64,000 bases of DNA from Spirochaetota bacterium. GTDB taxonomy: Bacteria > Spirochaetota > UBA4802 > UBA5550. The stretch spans positions 480,001 to 544,000 of the forward strand of contig CAXXHB010000003.1 in assembly GCA_963664815.2 (NCBI GenBank). The letters are read 5' to 3'. The notes below the pieces were generated by a model. It did not search any database and was not told where the DNA came from. It saw only the letters and a list, made by a program, of their open reading frames with translations. Made by a program: the position numbers and the translations under genes. Every line of letters starts with the position of its first letter. Position 1 is the stretch's first letter. Shown in pieces: positions 16,462-26,173 of this stretch.

Positions 16462-17079
16462 TGGAAATTATTTAACATAAAATGAATTATGTTAAGTTAT
16501 ATAAACCCTTATATATAAGATAAGACATTATGGCCGTATTTTAAAAGCCAGTCATATGCCGGTCAAGCTGATTTATTCCGACAGGATTTAAAAAAACATG
16601 GCCGGCCTGCAGCTTTTTTTTGCGCAGAAAATTTTATTGTATTATATAAGATATAGCAGTTTAAAAGAGCTAAATATTTTTTTAATCCAGGGGGTATTTA
16701 TGCCCCTCACCCGTCTTGATGAAATGAAACGGGGAGAGGGGAAATGATCGATACCGGGGGGTTAGCCAACCTTCTGTTCATTTGCAATATCAAATGTTAT
16801 CTTAAGGCCGGTTACTTTTCATATAAAGTTTCAGGCGATATTTCAACAGACCAATTTTCCCATGAAAGTGTCCCGTAATCTATCGGAAATTGCCTGAATT
16901 TTTCCATGTTGCGGATATTTATGGATATATCGGTGCACAGTATAATTAATGTACAGGATATTCTATGTCATACTGGTTCCGGTATTATAAGTCATATTTT
17001 CTGCTTGAAATCTGCAGTAATATAACAGTAATATAATAGAAAATAAAACTGTTGGTAATATACAGTTTACAGGAATAAT

Positions 17080-17478
17080 ATGGATATCGATAGAAAAGTA
17101 ATGTATTGGATTAAAAGCGCTGAAAGCGATTTTGAAGCTTCGACAGCTCTTTTTAATAATGCCAGTTATCTGCAGATGGCTTTCTTCTGTCATCTTGCCG
17201 TAGAGAAATATTTAAAAGCATACCACTGGTATAAACTTCATACGGAACCGACTTATACCCATAATCTTTTAAAACTGTCAAAAGATAACGGTTTGTTTGA
17301 GTATTTGTCAAATGAGCAAAAGGAGTTTATGGCTGCACTCATCCCTTTGAATCTAAAAGGCAGGTATCCAGATGATCAGGACACAATATTATTGAATCTT
17401 ACATCAGCTGATTTTGAAGATATACTACATAAAACGAAGGAGCTCCTGGAATGGATCAGAAAGTATTTAACAGAGTGA
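17080..17478 (+). CDS. HEPN domain protein
   Basis: WIKSAESD, FFCHLAVEKYLKA, THNLLKL, RYP motifs; paired with an MNT gene. Confidence 0.85.
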   Translation: MDIDRKVMYWIKSAESDFEASTALFNNASYLQMAFFCHLAVEKYLKAYHWYKLHTEPTYTHNLLKLSKDNGLFEYLSNEQKEFMAALIPLNLKGRYPDDQDTILLNLTSADFEDILHKTKELLEWIRKYLTE

Positions 17479-17768
17479 AACTTTTCGCATCAAATATTCA
17501 GGCATTATTTCCGGTTAAAATGATTATACTATACGGTTCTTATGCCAGGGGCACAGAGCGTCCCGACAGTGATATTGATGTGGCTGTTGTAGTCAATGAG
17601 CTGAATGACAACTGGCTTAAGGTAAACAGTAAACTTTTTCTGATGTCATCAGATATAGATGATAAAATAGAACCAAACCTGATTATATGCAAAGATAATA
17701 AAAGTGAATTTCTGGAAAGCATTCTGAAATATGGAATTGTCATTTATGATGATTCAAAAGTTGCATAA
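17451..17768 (+). CDS. Minimal nucleotidyltransferase (MNT) antitoxin
   Basis: LYGSYARGTERPDSDIDVAVV (GS-x-DxD). Overlaps the HEPN gene. Confidence 0.88.
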   Translation: MDQKVFNRVKLFASNIQALFPVKMIILYGSYARGTERPDSDIDVAVVVNELNDNWLKVNSKLFLMSSDIDDKIEPNLIICKDNKSEFLESILKYGIVIYDDSKVA

Positions 17769-17947
17769 GCGACTTTTATCTCTAAAAAGAAGTACAGCTT
17801 TGTACATGATGCCTTAGATGCAGGTAAAATACATGTTTTTACATATAAAGTGCTGTCTGTATCCCCACTTCTCCCTTTTCAATATATCAGAGGGGAGAAG
17901 GGGGATAAGGGCGTTGAGTTAATTAACTGAATTTATAACAGTAAAAA

Positions 17948-18036
17948 GATAGGGAGCAGTATCGAAGGAGTATGCTATGTAGTACGGAGAGGGTACAGAT
18001 TGGCTTCAGAGCGGGTACAGGGTGGATACGGTTAGG
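17948..18036. repeat. Degenerate ~11-bp-period tandem array (8 units)
   Basis: GATAGGGAGCA GTATCGAAGGA GTATGCTATGTA GTACGGAGAGG GTACAGATTGG CTTCAGAGCGG GTACAGGGTGG ATACGGTTAGG. Confidence 0.55.
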
Positions 18037-18054
18037 ATTGTTTAAGTTATAATA

Positions 18055-18390
18055 TCACAATTCCGTTTCAGAAAGCCGGGCCGGTCTGGTTTCCGGGGCT
18101 TTTTCATGTTTATGAGACTTCATATACTGTTTAATAAACAGATTGTGCCCGTGTATCCTCAGCTTGCGGGATTTTTTCCTGTATACCTGTTTTTCGTCCT
18201 CGCTTAAAAGCTTCCATGCGGCCATAGCCTCGGCGAAAAGCGACCTGTGGCAATGCTGGGCTTCTGTATCGGGGTTTGCCGGAACTACATATTTTCTTGA
18301 ACAGAGTTTGTCGCCCCACATGTAATATACAACATCTCCGTTGCGCCCCCCTATACCGTTGAGTAATGATGAAACCTTTCCTTTAGCCAT
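18055..18390 (-). CDS. Small basic hypothetical protein (DUF6266-like N-terminus)
   Basis: GIGGRNGDVVYY...PANPDTEAQ...RSLF...WKLLSEDEKQVY; GGAGG RBS. Confidence 0.65.
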   Translation of the reverse strand: MAKGKVSSLLNGIGGRNGDVVYYMWGDKLCSRKYVVPANPDTEAQHCHRSLFAEAMAAWKLLSEDEKQVYRKKSRKLRIHGHNLFIKQYMKSHKHEKAPETRPARLSETEL

Positions 18391-18678
18391 ATGCCCCTCC
18401 CTACTGCCGTTATCTGCTTCGGCTGCAGATTTTCCCTTTTTTGCGGGAAGCTTTGTTGTATTTATTGTTTTATATACGATGCAAAAGAGTGGAAAATGAA
18501 AGATTTTTTTGTGTAATTACAAAATTAATGTTTAAGATCAATAAGGTATTTAAGTGCAATATACAACAAAAAAGTGCCAAATTGCGTCCAGAGAGGCATA
18601 ACTTACTTGACAGATGTTTATATATATGTTTGAATAAAAGCGCCGCACCCACGCGGCATTTTTCCACAGGAGACTTAA

Positions 18679-20301
18679 ATGCCTACACTTCACTGGATAG
18701 GAAAGGACAAGGTAGTAAACCATCACCAGGATGTCCCTTTTCGCATACTTGAACATAAATATGGATTTGCCGATGGAAGGGAATCGAAGAAAGAGACCGG
18801 CAGCGGTAATAAAATAATCCACGGCGATAATCTTGAAGCGCTGAAGACGTTGCTTCCTGAATACGAGGGACGCATAAAATGCATATACATAGACCCGCCC
18901 TACAATACAGGCAACGAAAGCTGGGTGTACAATGACAACGTAAATGACCCGCGCATAAAGAAGTGGCTCGGTGAGGTAGTGGGCAAAGAGGGTGAAGACC
19001 TTTCTCGTCACGACAAGTGGCTCTGCATGATGTACCCCAGAGTTAAACTTCTTCAAAAGCTTATGGCTAAAGATGGACTATTTATGATGAGTTTAGATGA
19101 TAATGAAGTAGCGAATGGTTTACTATTATTAAATGAAATTTTTGGTGCATCAAGTAAACTCGCTTGTGCTCCATGGCTTTCAGAACCGAGTGGAGGTAAA
19201 GAAAAGACAAGATTACGCGGTGGGCATGAATATATATTAATTTATCATAATGGAGATTCATCGTGTATAACACGAGAAGAAAGATCAACGGGTGAACTTA
19301 ATCAAAAAGATAAATGGGGAGTTTATCGTAAAGGGCGTGAATTGCGAAAATGGGGTGGTACTTCTTTAAGAAACGACAGAGAGAATCAATGGTTTGAACT
19401 TAAAACACCAAACGGAGTAAGTGTATTTCCTTATCGAAATGATGGTAAGGAAGGTCATTGGAGATGGGGTAAAGAACAAAAAATGAAACCTATTCTTCAA
19501 GATCCTGATGTTGCACATTGGGAGATGTGCCCTTATGATGAAGGTGTTGAAGTAGATGGTAAAAAAGAAAGATGGGTCCCATTTGAAAAAATCAGAGATG
19601 TGAAAAAGACAGTTGGATGGGGTACTTGGCTAGATAAAGTTGGATATAATTCAGATGGAACAAAAGTTTTAAAAGAGATATTTGGAGAAAAAACTTTTGA
19701 TACACCGAAACCTCCATCATTATTGGAATGGCTTATATCTTTACATCAAGATGATGATTTAATCATCCTCGACTCCTTTGCCGGAAGCGGCACCACTGCC
19801 CACGCTGTTCTTAACCTGAATAAAGAAGATGGCGGAAACCGTAAGTATATTCTCATTGAGATGGAGGACTATGCAGAGACTATTACAGCAGAGCGCGTTA
19901 AGCGCGTAATGAAGGGCTACAGTGATGTGACTGGTACAGGGGGTTCTTTCGATTACTATACTCTTGGCGAGCCACTCTTTGATGAGGACAAAAATATAAA
20001 TGAAAATCTCCCTGTGGAAAAGATACGGCAGTATGTCTATTACACGGAAACAGGTTTTCCTCTACACAAAACGAAGCATGATGACAATGAGTTTTTCCTT
20101 TCATTGTACGAAGGGGCAGCATACTACTTCTACTACAAAAAAGGTGAAACAACAGCGCTTGATTATGAGTTCCTTGCCACAATAAAGACACAAGCTGAGC
20201 TTTATGTTATATATGCTGACAACTGCCTGTTGCCTGATTCTTTTATGAAAGAGAAGAATATTATATTTAAAAAGATCCCCAGGGATGTGGCAAGGGTGTA
20301 A
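18679..20301 (+). CDS. mod: Type III R-M methyltransferase (Mod)
   Basis: MPTLHWIGK, IIHGDNLEALK, IYIDPPYNTG, TPKP, LDSFAGSGTTAHAV. Confidence 0.92.
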   Translation: MPTLHWIGKDKVVNHHQDVPFRILEHKYGFADGRESKKETGSGNKIIHGDNLEALKTLLPEYEGRIKCIYIDPPYNTGNESWVYNDNVNDPRIKKWLGEVVGKEGEDLSRHDKWLCMMYPRVKLLQKLMAKDGLFMMSLDDNEVANGLLLLNEIFGASSKLACAPWLSEPSGGKEKTRLRGGHEYILIYHNGDSSCITREERSTGELNQKDKWGVYRKGRELRKWGGTSLRNDRENQWFELKTPNGVSVFPYRNDGKEGHWRWGKEQKMKPILQDPDVAHWEMCPYDEGVEVDGKKERWVPFEKIRDVKKTVGWGTWLDKVGYNSDGTKVLKEIFGEKTFDTPKPPSLLEWLISLHQDDDLIILDSFAGSGTTAHAVLNLNKEDGGNRKYILIEMEDYAETITAERVKRVMKGYSDVTGTGGSFDYYTLGEPLFDEDKNINENLPVEKIRQYVYYTETGFPLHKTKHDDNEFFLSLYEGAAYYFYYKKGETTALDYEFLATIKTQAELYVIYADNCLLPDSFMKEKNIIFKKIPRDVARV

Positions 20302-20344
20302 ATTATGGCAATATGGTTATTAAAAAAGATTTCATGGAGGCTTT

Positions 20345-22522
20345 ATGACAGACAGAAACACAAATGAAATGAAGAGTATAAACTGTCATACAAATGATCT
20401 TTACCTTGATCCCAATAACTACAGGTTTATTGATAATAAAGATTATAGAAGAGTTTCAGAAAAAGATATCCATGCTGATACTATTCAGAAGAGGACAAAT
20501 TCTTTTTTAACGGGTAAAAACAATGAAAATATTCAGGATCTGATAACAAGTTATAAAGTAAACGGAATTCTCCCTGTAAATCAGATTCAGGTTAAGAGAG
20601 TAGAATTAAATACAACTGAAAGTTACTTTCTGGTACTGGAGGGTAACAGAAGGGTTGCTGCATTAAAATTTCTTTATTCTGAGTATAAAGAGAAAGGAAA
20701 TGACATAGGGAAGCTGACGGTAGAAGATTTTGAAAAAATTCCGGTAATTGAACATGCTGATGATTATGTGGTTAACCATATGATTGTAATGGGGCTCGAG
20801 CATATCGCCGGCAAGAAAAAATGGAGCCCGGTTAATCAGGCACAACTCATTGAAGATTTGATTAATCAGCATAATATGACAGAAGATGAAATATGTGATT
20901 CACTCGGGATAACAAAATATATCCTCCGCAGAACACGGAGGGCACTTGGCTTTGTAAACCGGTATAAGAGCAGCGATTACGGGGACCAGTTTACCAGCTC
21001 TATGTATTCAATCTTTGAAGAGATGATTAAAAGCCCTGATATTAAAAACTGGCTTGAGTGGGATGACAATGTAATGAGTCCCGGTAATTCTTCTAATGAA
21101 GAACGTTTTTTTTCATGGATTTCAAGAGAAGAAGAAATAGAAAGAGATGAAAATACCGGAGAAGAAATTTCAAGAAAAATAAAGGAGCCGATTATTACCA
21201 AATCTCAGGAAATACGGGATTTAGCTAAATATATCAAAGAACAATCAGCAATTGAAAGGATGGAAGAGCTGAGAAGTGTCACACAGGGATTTGCCTTCAG
21301 TGATGCTGTTGGTGAAAGTAAATTTAAAAATGCCATGGAAAATTTACAGCAGGATGTGGGGGTAGTTTTTAATTTTTCAGAACATATGAAACCGGATCAT
21401 ATTGAGGATATAAAAAAACTCAGAAATAAAATAGACAGATTGCTGCCGACATCAAACGGGAATATCACACCCTATGCGGGAACAGCTCCGATTTTTAGTA
21501 TTGAAATAAAAGGATTTTTAAAGCAGCTTCATATTAAGCGGTACAGGAGATTAATTGAACTTAAAATTAGTCACATCAACAGAATTAATATCTTTGCAGG
21601 TAAAAATAACAGCGGTAAAACTTCCATGCTTGAAGCTGTTTACCTGCTGTCTCAGCTGAATGATATTAATGCAATACTTGAACTTGAAAGATACAGGGGA
21701 AAATTCGGGGAATCCTTTAATCCAAAATGGCTTTCAAGAAATATTTCTGAAGAAATTGAAATTGATGCAGTTAACTGCGATGAAAAAGAAATATCATTAA
21801 CAATGACCCAGGAACAGACAACGGAGTATATTGATAAGTCAGCTTATATAACAACAATTATTGCAGATTCAGAAATAAACGGGAATTCGCTCCAGAGCAG
21901 TATAAATCTTTTTTCGAATAAGGAAGCAGAGGTCTTTTTTCAGAAAAGCAATGTACTCTGTTATTCAGCATTCACCAGTCCATACAGACATAATGACGCT
22001 CTTTTAAGAAGAGCTCACATGCTTGCAGTAAAGAATAAATTTATTGATGATATAATTAATTTTATCAGGGATTATATAGATCCGGAAATTGTACGAATTG
22101 AAATGGTGAATATTGAAGGCGAAAGCAGGTTCTATGTTCATTCCAAAATGTTTGCTGAAAGTATAGATATTACTAAATATGGAGAGGGAGTGCAGCGTAT
22201 TTTTGAAATAGCTCTTCTCTTCGGGTACTGCCAGAATGGGATTCTCTGCATTGATGAATTTGAAAGCGCTATCCATGCCGGACTGCTTAAAGAATTTTCT
22301 AAATTCGTCCAGCAACTGGCGGATCGTTATAATGTCCAGGTGTTTCTGTCAACTCACAGCAAAGAGTGTATTGATGCGTTTATAAACAATCAATATAAAA
22401 ACGATGAAATTACCGGATATACGTTGAGAGAAAAGCAGGATGGCTCGATAGAATGTAAATATGTTGATGGACTCAGGCTTGAAAGCCTCATAGAAAGTAT
22501 CAATTTTGATATGAGGGGCTGA
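20345..22522 (+). CDS. ParB/Srx-like N-terminal domain fused to AAA_15/AAA_21 ABC-type ATPase
   Basis: LYLDPNNYRF and VLEGNRRVAALK (ParB-like). Walker A GKNNSGKT, signature YGEGVQR, Walker B CIDEFESAIH, H-loop STHS. Confidence 0.8.
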   Translation: MTDRNTNEMKSINCHTNDLYLDPNNYRFIDNKDYRRVSEKDIHADTIQKRTNSFLTGKNNENIQDLITSYKVNGILPVNQIQVKRVELNTTESYFLVLEGNRRVAALKFLYSEYKEKGNDIGKLTVEDFEKIPVIEHADDYVVNHMIVMGLEHIAGKKKWSPVNQAQLIEDLINQHNMTEDEICDSLGITKYILRRTRRALGFVNRYKSSDYGDQFTSSMYSIFEEMIKSPDIKNWLEWDDNVMSPGNSSNEERFFSWISREEEIERDENTGEEISRKIKEPIITKSQEIRDLAKYIKEQSAIERMEELRSVTQGFAFSDAVGESKFKNAMENLQQDVGVVFNFSEHMKPDHIEDIKKLRNKIDRLLPTSNGNITPYAGTAPIFSIEIKGFLKQLHIKRYRRLIELKISHINRINIFAGKNNSGKTSMLEAVYLLSQLNDINAILELERYRGKFGESFNPKWLSRNISEEIEIDAVNCDEKEISLTMTQEQTTEYIDKSAYITTIIADSEINGNSLQSSINLFSNKEAEVFFQKSNVLCYSAFTSPYRHNDALLRRAHMLAVKNKFIDDIINFIRDYIDPEIVRIEMVNIEGESRFYVHSKMFAESIDITKYGEGVQRIFEIALLFGYCQNGILCIDEFESAIHAGLLKEFSKFVQQLADRYNVQVFLSTHSKECIDAFINNQYKNDEITGYTLREKQDGSIECKYVDGLRLESLIESINFDMRG

Positions 22523-22523
22523 T

Positions 22524-23390
22524 ATGAATAAAGTATCTTTTGTATTATGTGAGGGCCCTCATGATGTTGCTTTTTTATACAGAATTCTGAAAACAGAAGG
22601 GTATGTGAATTTTGGTTCTAAAATAGCAGATTTTCCTGCACCAATTAACAGGTATCTTTTAACTTCGTTATCCAGAATCAGTTTTGATGATTTGAGTATT
22701 GAAGAGGCAAGGAAACTCCCTTTGCCTTCTGAAGCAATGTATTATAATGATTCTTATCTTCTTTTGTTTGCCCTTGGCGGAGATTCAAAGAAAGGCGTCA
22801 GGCAGGAGATATTAAAAAAAATAAATTCACTGGTGGCTGTTTCTGATGATGCTATAAATCCTGGAGAGGGGATTGAGTTCTCTCTTTTATACTTTTTTGA
22901 TGCTGATGATAAAGGTGTCTCGAATCGGCTGGCTGGTTTAAAAAATGAAATAACTGAAGTTCTCGGTATAATTAATGATTCTGCTTTTTTTGAAACAAAT
23001 GGGGGCATAAGCAATATCAATGGTGTTAAATACGGAGCCTATATTTTTTCTTCATCTGAAGAGAAAGGAAAGCTTGAGAATATCCTTGTACCTTTGATGA
23101 AAAAGGATAATGAAACTTTGTTTGAAAAAGCAGATGAATATCTCAGCTTAAAAGATGAAAAACGTTTAAGGAAGCTGGAAATATCAAGTAATAATGGAGA
23201 ATTAACAGAAAACAGGGGCAAGAAATTAACATTCGATCCTATGAAATCACAAATCTGTATTGCTGGGCAATTGCAGAATTCAGGTAAATCTAATGTTGTC
23301 ATAATAAAGGATTGCGATTATATAACGATGGATAAAATTAAACAATCTGAAAAGTGCAATGAAATAATTGAGTTTTTCAGAAAGATATAG
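22524..23390 (+). CDS. TOPRIM-fold (DUF3226-like) putative nuclease
   Basis: LCEGPHD, GG, FFDADD, GKLE motifs; starts 1 nt after the ATPase stop. Confidence 0.7.
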   Translation: MNKVSFVLCEGPHDVAFLYRILKTEGYVNFGSKIADFPAPINRYLLTSLSRISFDDLSIEEARKLPLPSEAMYYNDSYLLLFALGGDSKKGVRQEILKKINSLVAVSDDAINPGEGIEFSLLYFFDADDKGVSNRLAGLKNEITEVLGIINDSAFFETNGGISNINGVKYGAYIFSSSEEKGKLENILVPLMKKDNETLFEKADEYLSLKDEKRLRKLEISSNNGELTENRGKKLTFDPMKSQICIAGQLQNSGKSNVVIIKDCDYITMDKIKQSEKCNEIIEFFRKI

Positions 23391-23483
23391 AATCAGTTAG
23401 TTCCATTTTGGAACATGCTGAATAAATAGAAAAAACCAGTTATCCGGAATTTCAGGAATGCTGATTATATAAGGGTATAATAA

Positions 23484-26102
23484 ATGGAACTGAAACCATA
23501 TCAGAAGAAGGTGCTGACTGACCTTGAACAGTACCTTGAATATGTGCAGGCATATAAAAGAATTGATCAGGCTTTCAATGAATTCTGGAAAGATCGCGTT
23601 GGTGCATACAATCCCCTTTCCGGTGAGGGTATGGAACCATATAAAAATAATGTTCCGGGTGCGCCCAATGTATGCATAAAGGTTCCAACCGCAGGTGGCA
23701 AAACCTTTATAGCCGCCAATGCGCTTAAAGTAATTTTTGACGCTTTTAATTATGATAAAACAAAGGCTGTTGTGTGGCTTGTCCCTTCGGTAACAATCCT
23801 CGATCAGACGATAAAAAATCTATCTGATATAAGTCATCCATACAGGCAGAGGATAAATACTCATTTCGGCGGCAAGGTTGAAGTTTATACCAAGGATGCA
23901 CTTCTTCAGGGGGCGGGATTCAGCCCGGCTTCGGTTAATGAGCAGCTTTCAATACTTATACTCAGTTTTGATTCCCTCCGGAGCAGGAAAAAAGAGGACA
24001 GGAAGATATATCAGGAGAACGGCCAGCTAGCATCATTTGCAGAGTCAGGGGATACCTGGCATCTGCTTGAAAATACCGATGATACGGCACTGATAAATGT
24101 TATTCGTAAGCTGAATCCGGTAGTTATAGTTGATGAGAGTCATAACGCGGAGAGTGAACTCAGCGTGGAGATGCTGAAGAATCTCAATCCGTGCTTTATC
24201 CTTGACCTCACTGCGACACCGCGGAATAACAGCAATATTATAAGCTATGTAAACGCATTTGAACTAAAACGGGAGAATATGGTGAAACTCCCTGTTATTG
24301 TATATAACCATCATGATAAAACAGAGGTGGTGAACAGCGCCCTTCAGCTGCAGAGACGGCTTGAACTCCTTGCACAGAAAGAGGAGAAAAACGGCGGCAG
24401 GTATATACGCCCCATGGTGCTCTTTCAGGCACAGCCGCGTACAGGTGAAGATAATACTACATTTGAAAAACTGAAACAGAAGCTGGTTGAACTTCAGATT
24501 CCCGAAGAGCAGATAAAGATTAAAACGGCCGATATTAATGAACTTAAAAATATTGACCTGCATGACCGCAACTGTCCGGTGCGGTATATAATAACTGTAA
24601 ATGCCCTTAAAGAGGGATGGGACTGTCCATTCGCCTATATACTCGCTTCACTTGCGGACAGGTCATCGAACGTTGATGTGGAACAGATCCTCGGAAGGGT
24701 TCTTCGCCAGCCGTATGTTATAAAACACAGCGAGGCAATGCTTAACCTGTCGTATGTGCTCACTGCTTCGGTAAAATTTATGGATACTCTTCAGAATATT
24801 GTGCAGGGGCTTAACAGAGCCGGTTTCAGCAGTAAAGATTATAAGGTTGCCGACAGCCAGTTAACTGACATTAAGAAAACTGCGGAGTCTCCGGCGGAGC
24901 AGCTTACTCTTCAGTATGATGAAGAACAGAAAGTGGATTCATCAATAGATGAAATTGATACAGAAAGAATCACAGCTGCCTCTGAATCTGAAAAAGGGGA
25001 AGCGGACAGCGCTGTGTCTGAAATTGAAAAAACGGCAGTTCAGCAGGACAGGGAATACGAGAGGGCTGTGATGAAAACAAATGACAGCAGCATTGCTAAC
25101 CAGTATGGTGACAAAATCAAGACAGCCGTGGCGAAGGAGCATTTTATTGATGTTATAAAAGATGTGAAGATTCCGCAGTTTTTCCTTGAAGTGGGTGATA
25201 TGGGAATTTTTGGTACTGAAACATCTGTTCCTCTTTCAAGAGAGAGTCTTCTCAAGGATTTCCCCCTGAGTAAGGGTAATACAGAGATAAATTTTGATGA
25301 GGTATCAACTGATCTTTACAAGGTTGATCTTGAAAAGCGGAGTGAAGCAGATTATACTCCTGCTTTCATGAAACTTGATAAGTCTATAAGCCCCCAGATT
25401 CTTAAATTTATTCTTTCTGCCCCGAAAGAGCGGCAGGTTAAAGAGATAGCAGTAAGAATTGTTGAGATGATCGGTAATATGTGGCCTGTATCAGATGATG
25501 AATTATTCAAATATGTAAAAAGGGTTGTTGAAGATTTGAGCCCTGAACAGATTGTTGATCTTATGAACAGGGAATATACCTATAAAGACCGTATAAAAGA
25601 TAAGATACAGCTTCTAACCTCTGAATATGCTGAAAAGACGTTTAATAAATTTATTGATACTGATAAAATAAAAATCAAGGAATCATATAAAATACCGGAA
25701 GCTCAATATCCCGGTGATACAGAAGATTACGGGATTGCCAAATCTCTTTATGGGAAAGAGTTCAGGATGAATGAGTTTGAGAAGAGGGCCATTAATGATG
25801 TAGCTAATCTTGATAATATAATGTTGTGGACTAAGAATCCGGATAAAAAAGGTCTGCGGATTAATGGATTTATCAATCATTATCCTGATTTTATAGTTAT
25901 AACAAAATCCGGAAAAGTGCTTGTAATTGAAACAAAAGGTGATGACAGGGACAATACTGATACGATGCAGAAGATAAAGCTTGGTAAAACCTGGGCAAAT
26001 AAAGCAGGTGAAAAGTATAAGTACTTCATGATCTTTGATAAAAAAAGCATGGAAGGGGCTTATACTCTTTCTGATGCATTGAAGATAATTGCGGAATTGT
26101 AA
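23484..26102 (+). CDS. res: Type III R-M restriction subunit (Res): SF2 helicase + PD-(D/E)xK nuclease
   Basis: KVPTAGGKT, VDESHN, LTATP, LKEGWD, QILGRVLR, HYPDF...VIETKG. Confidence 0.9.
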   Translation: MELKPYQKKVLTDLEQYLEYVQAYKRIDQAFNEFWKDRVGAYNPLSGEGMEPYKNNVPGAPNVCIKVPTAGGKTFIAANALKVIFDAFNYDKTKAVVWLVPSVTILDQTIKNLSDISHPYRQRINTHFGGKVEVYTKDALLQGAGFSPASVNEQLSILILSFDSLRSRKKEDRKIYQENGQLASFAESGDTWHLLENTDDTALINVIRKLNPVVIVDESHNAESELSVEMLKNLNPCFILDLTATPRNNSNIISYVNAFELKRENMVKLPVIVYNHHDKTEVVNSALQLQRRLELLAQKEEKNGGRYIRPMVLFQAQPRTGEDNTTFEKLKQKLVELQIPEEQIKIKTADINELKNIDLHDRNCPVRYIITVNALKEGWDCPFAYILASLADRSSNVDVEQILGRVLRQPYVIKHSEAMLNLSYVLTASVKFMDTLQNIVQGLNRAGFSSKDYKVADSQLTDIKKTAESPAEQLTLQYDEEQKVDSSIDEIDTERITAASESEKGEADSAVSEIEKTAVQQDREYERAVMKTNDSSIANQYGDKIKTAVAKEHFIDVIKDVKIPQFFLEVGDMGIFGTETSVPLSRESLLKDFPLSKGNTEINFDEVSTDLYKVDLEKRSEADYTPAFMKLDKSISPQILKFILSAPKERQVKEIAVRIVEMIGNMWPVSDDELFKYVKRVVEDLSPEQIVDLMNREYTYKDRIKDKIQLLTSEYAEKTFNKFIDTDKIKIKESYKIPEAQYPGDTEDYGIAKSLYGKEFRMNEFEKRAINDVANLDNIMLWTKNPDKKGLRINGFINHYPDFIVITKSGKVLVIETKGDDRDNTDTMQKIKLGKTWANKAGEKYKYFMIFDKKSMEGAYTLSDALKIIAEL

Positions 26103-26173
26103 AAATAAAAACTTACGGCAGAATATTAAACAAAATTATTAATAATATACTCTGCAGACTATAACTTATATTT

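Noticed and set aside
17948-18036. Array considered as a CRISPR
   Set aside because: Units are 11 bp and degenerate, with no repeat-spacer structure and no cas genes.
18679-20301. Phase-variable simple sequence repeat in mod
   Set aside because: No tandem SSR or long homopolymer seen in the gene.
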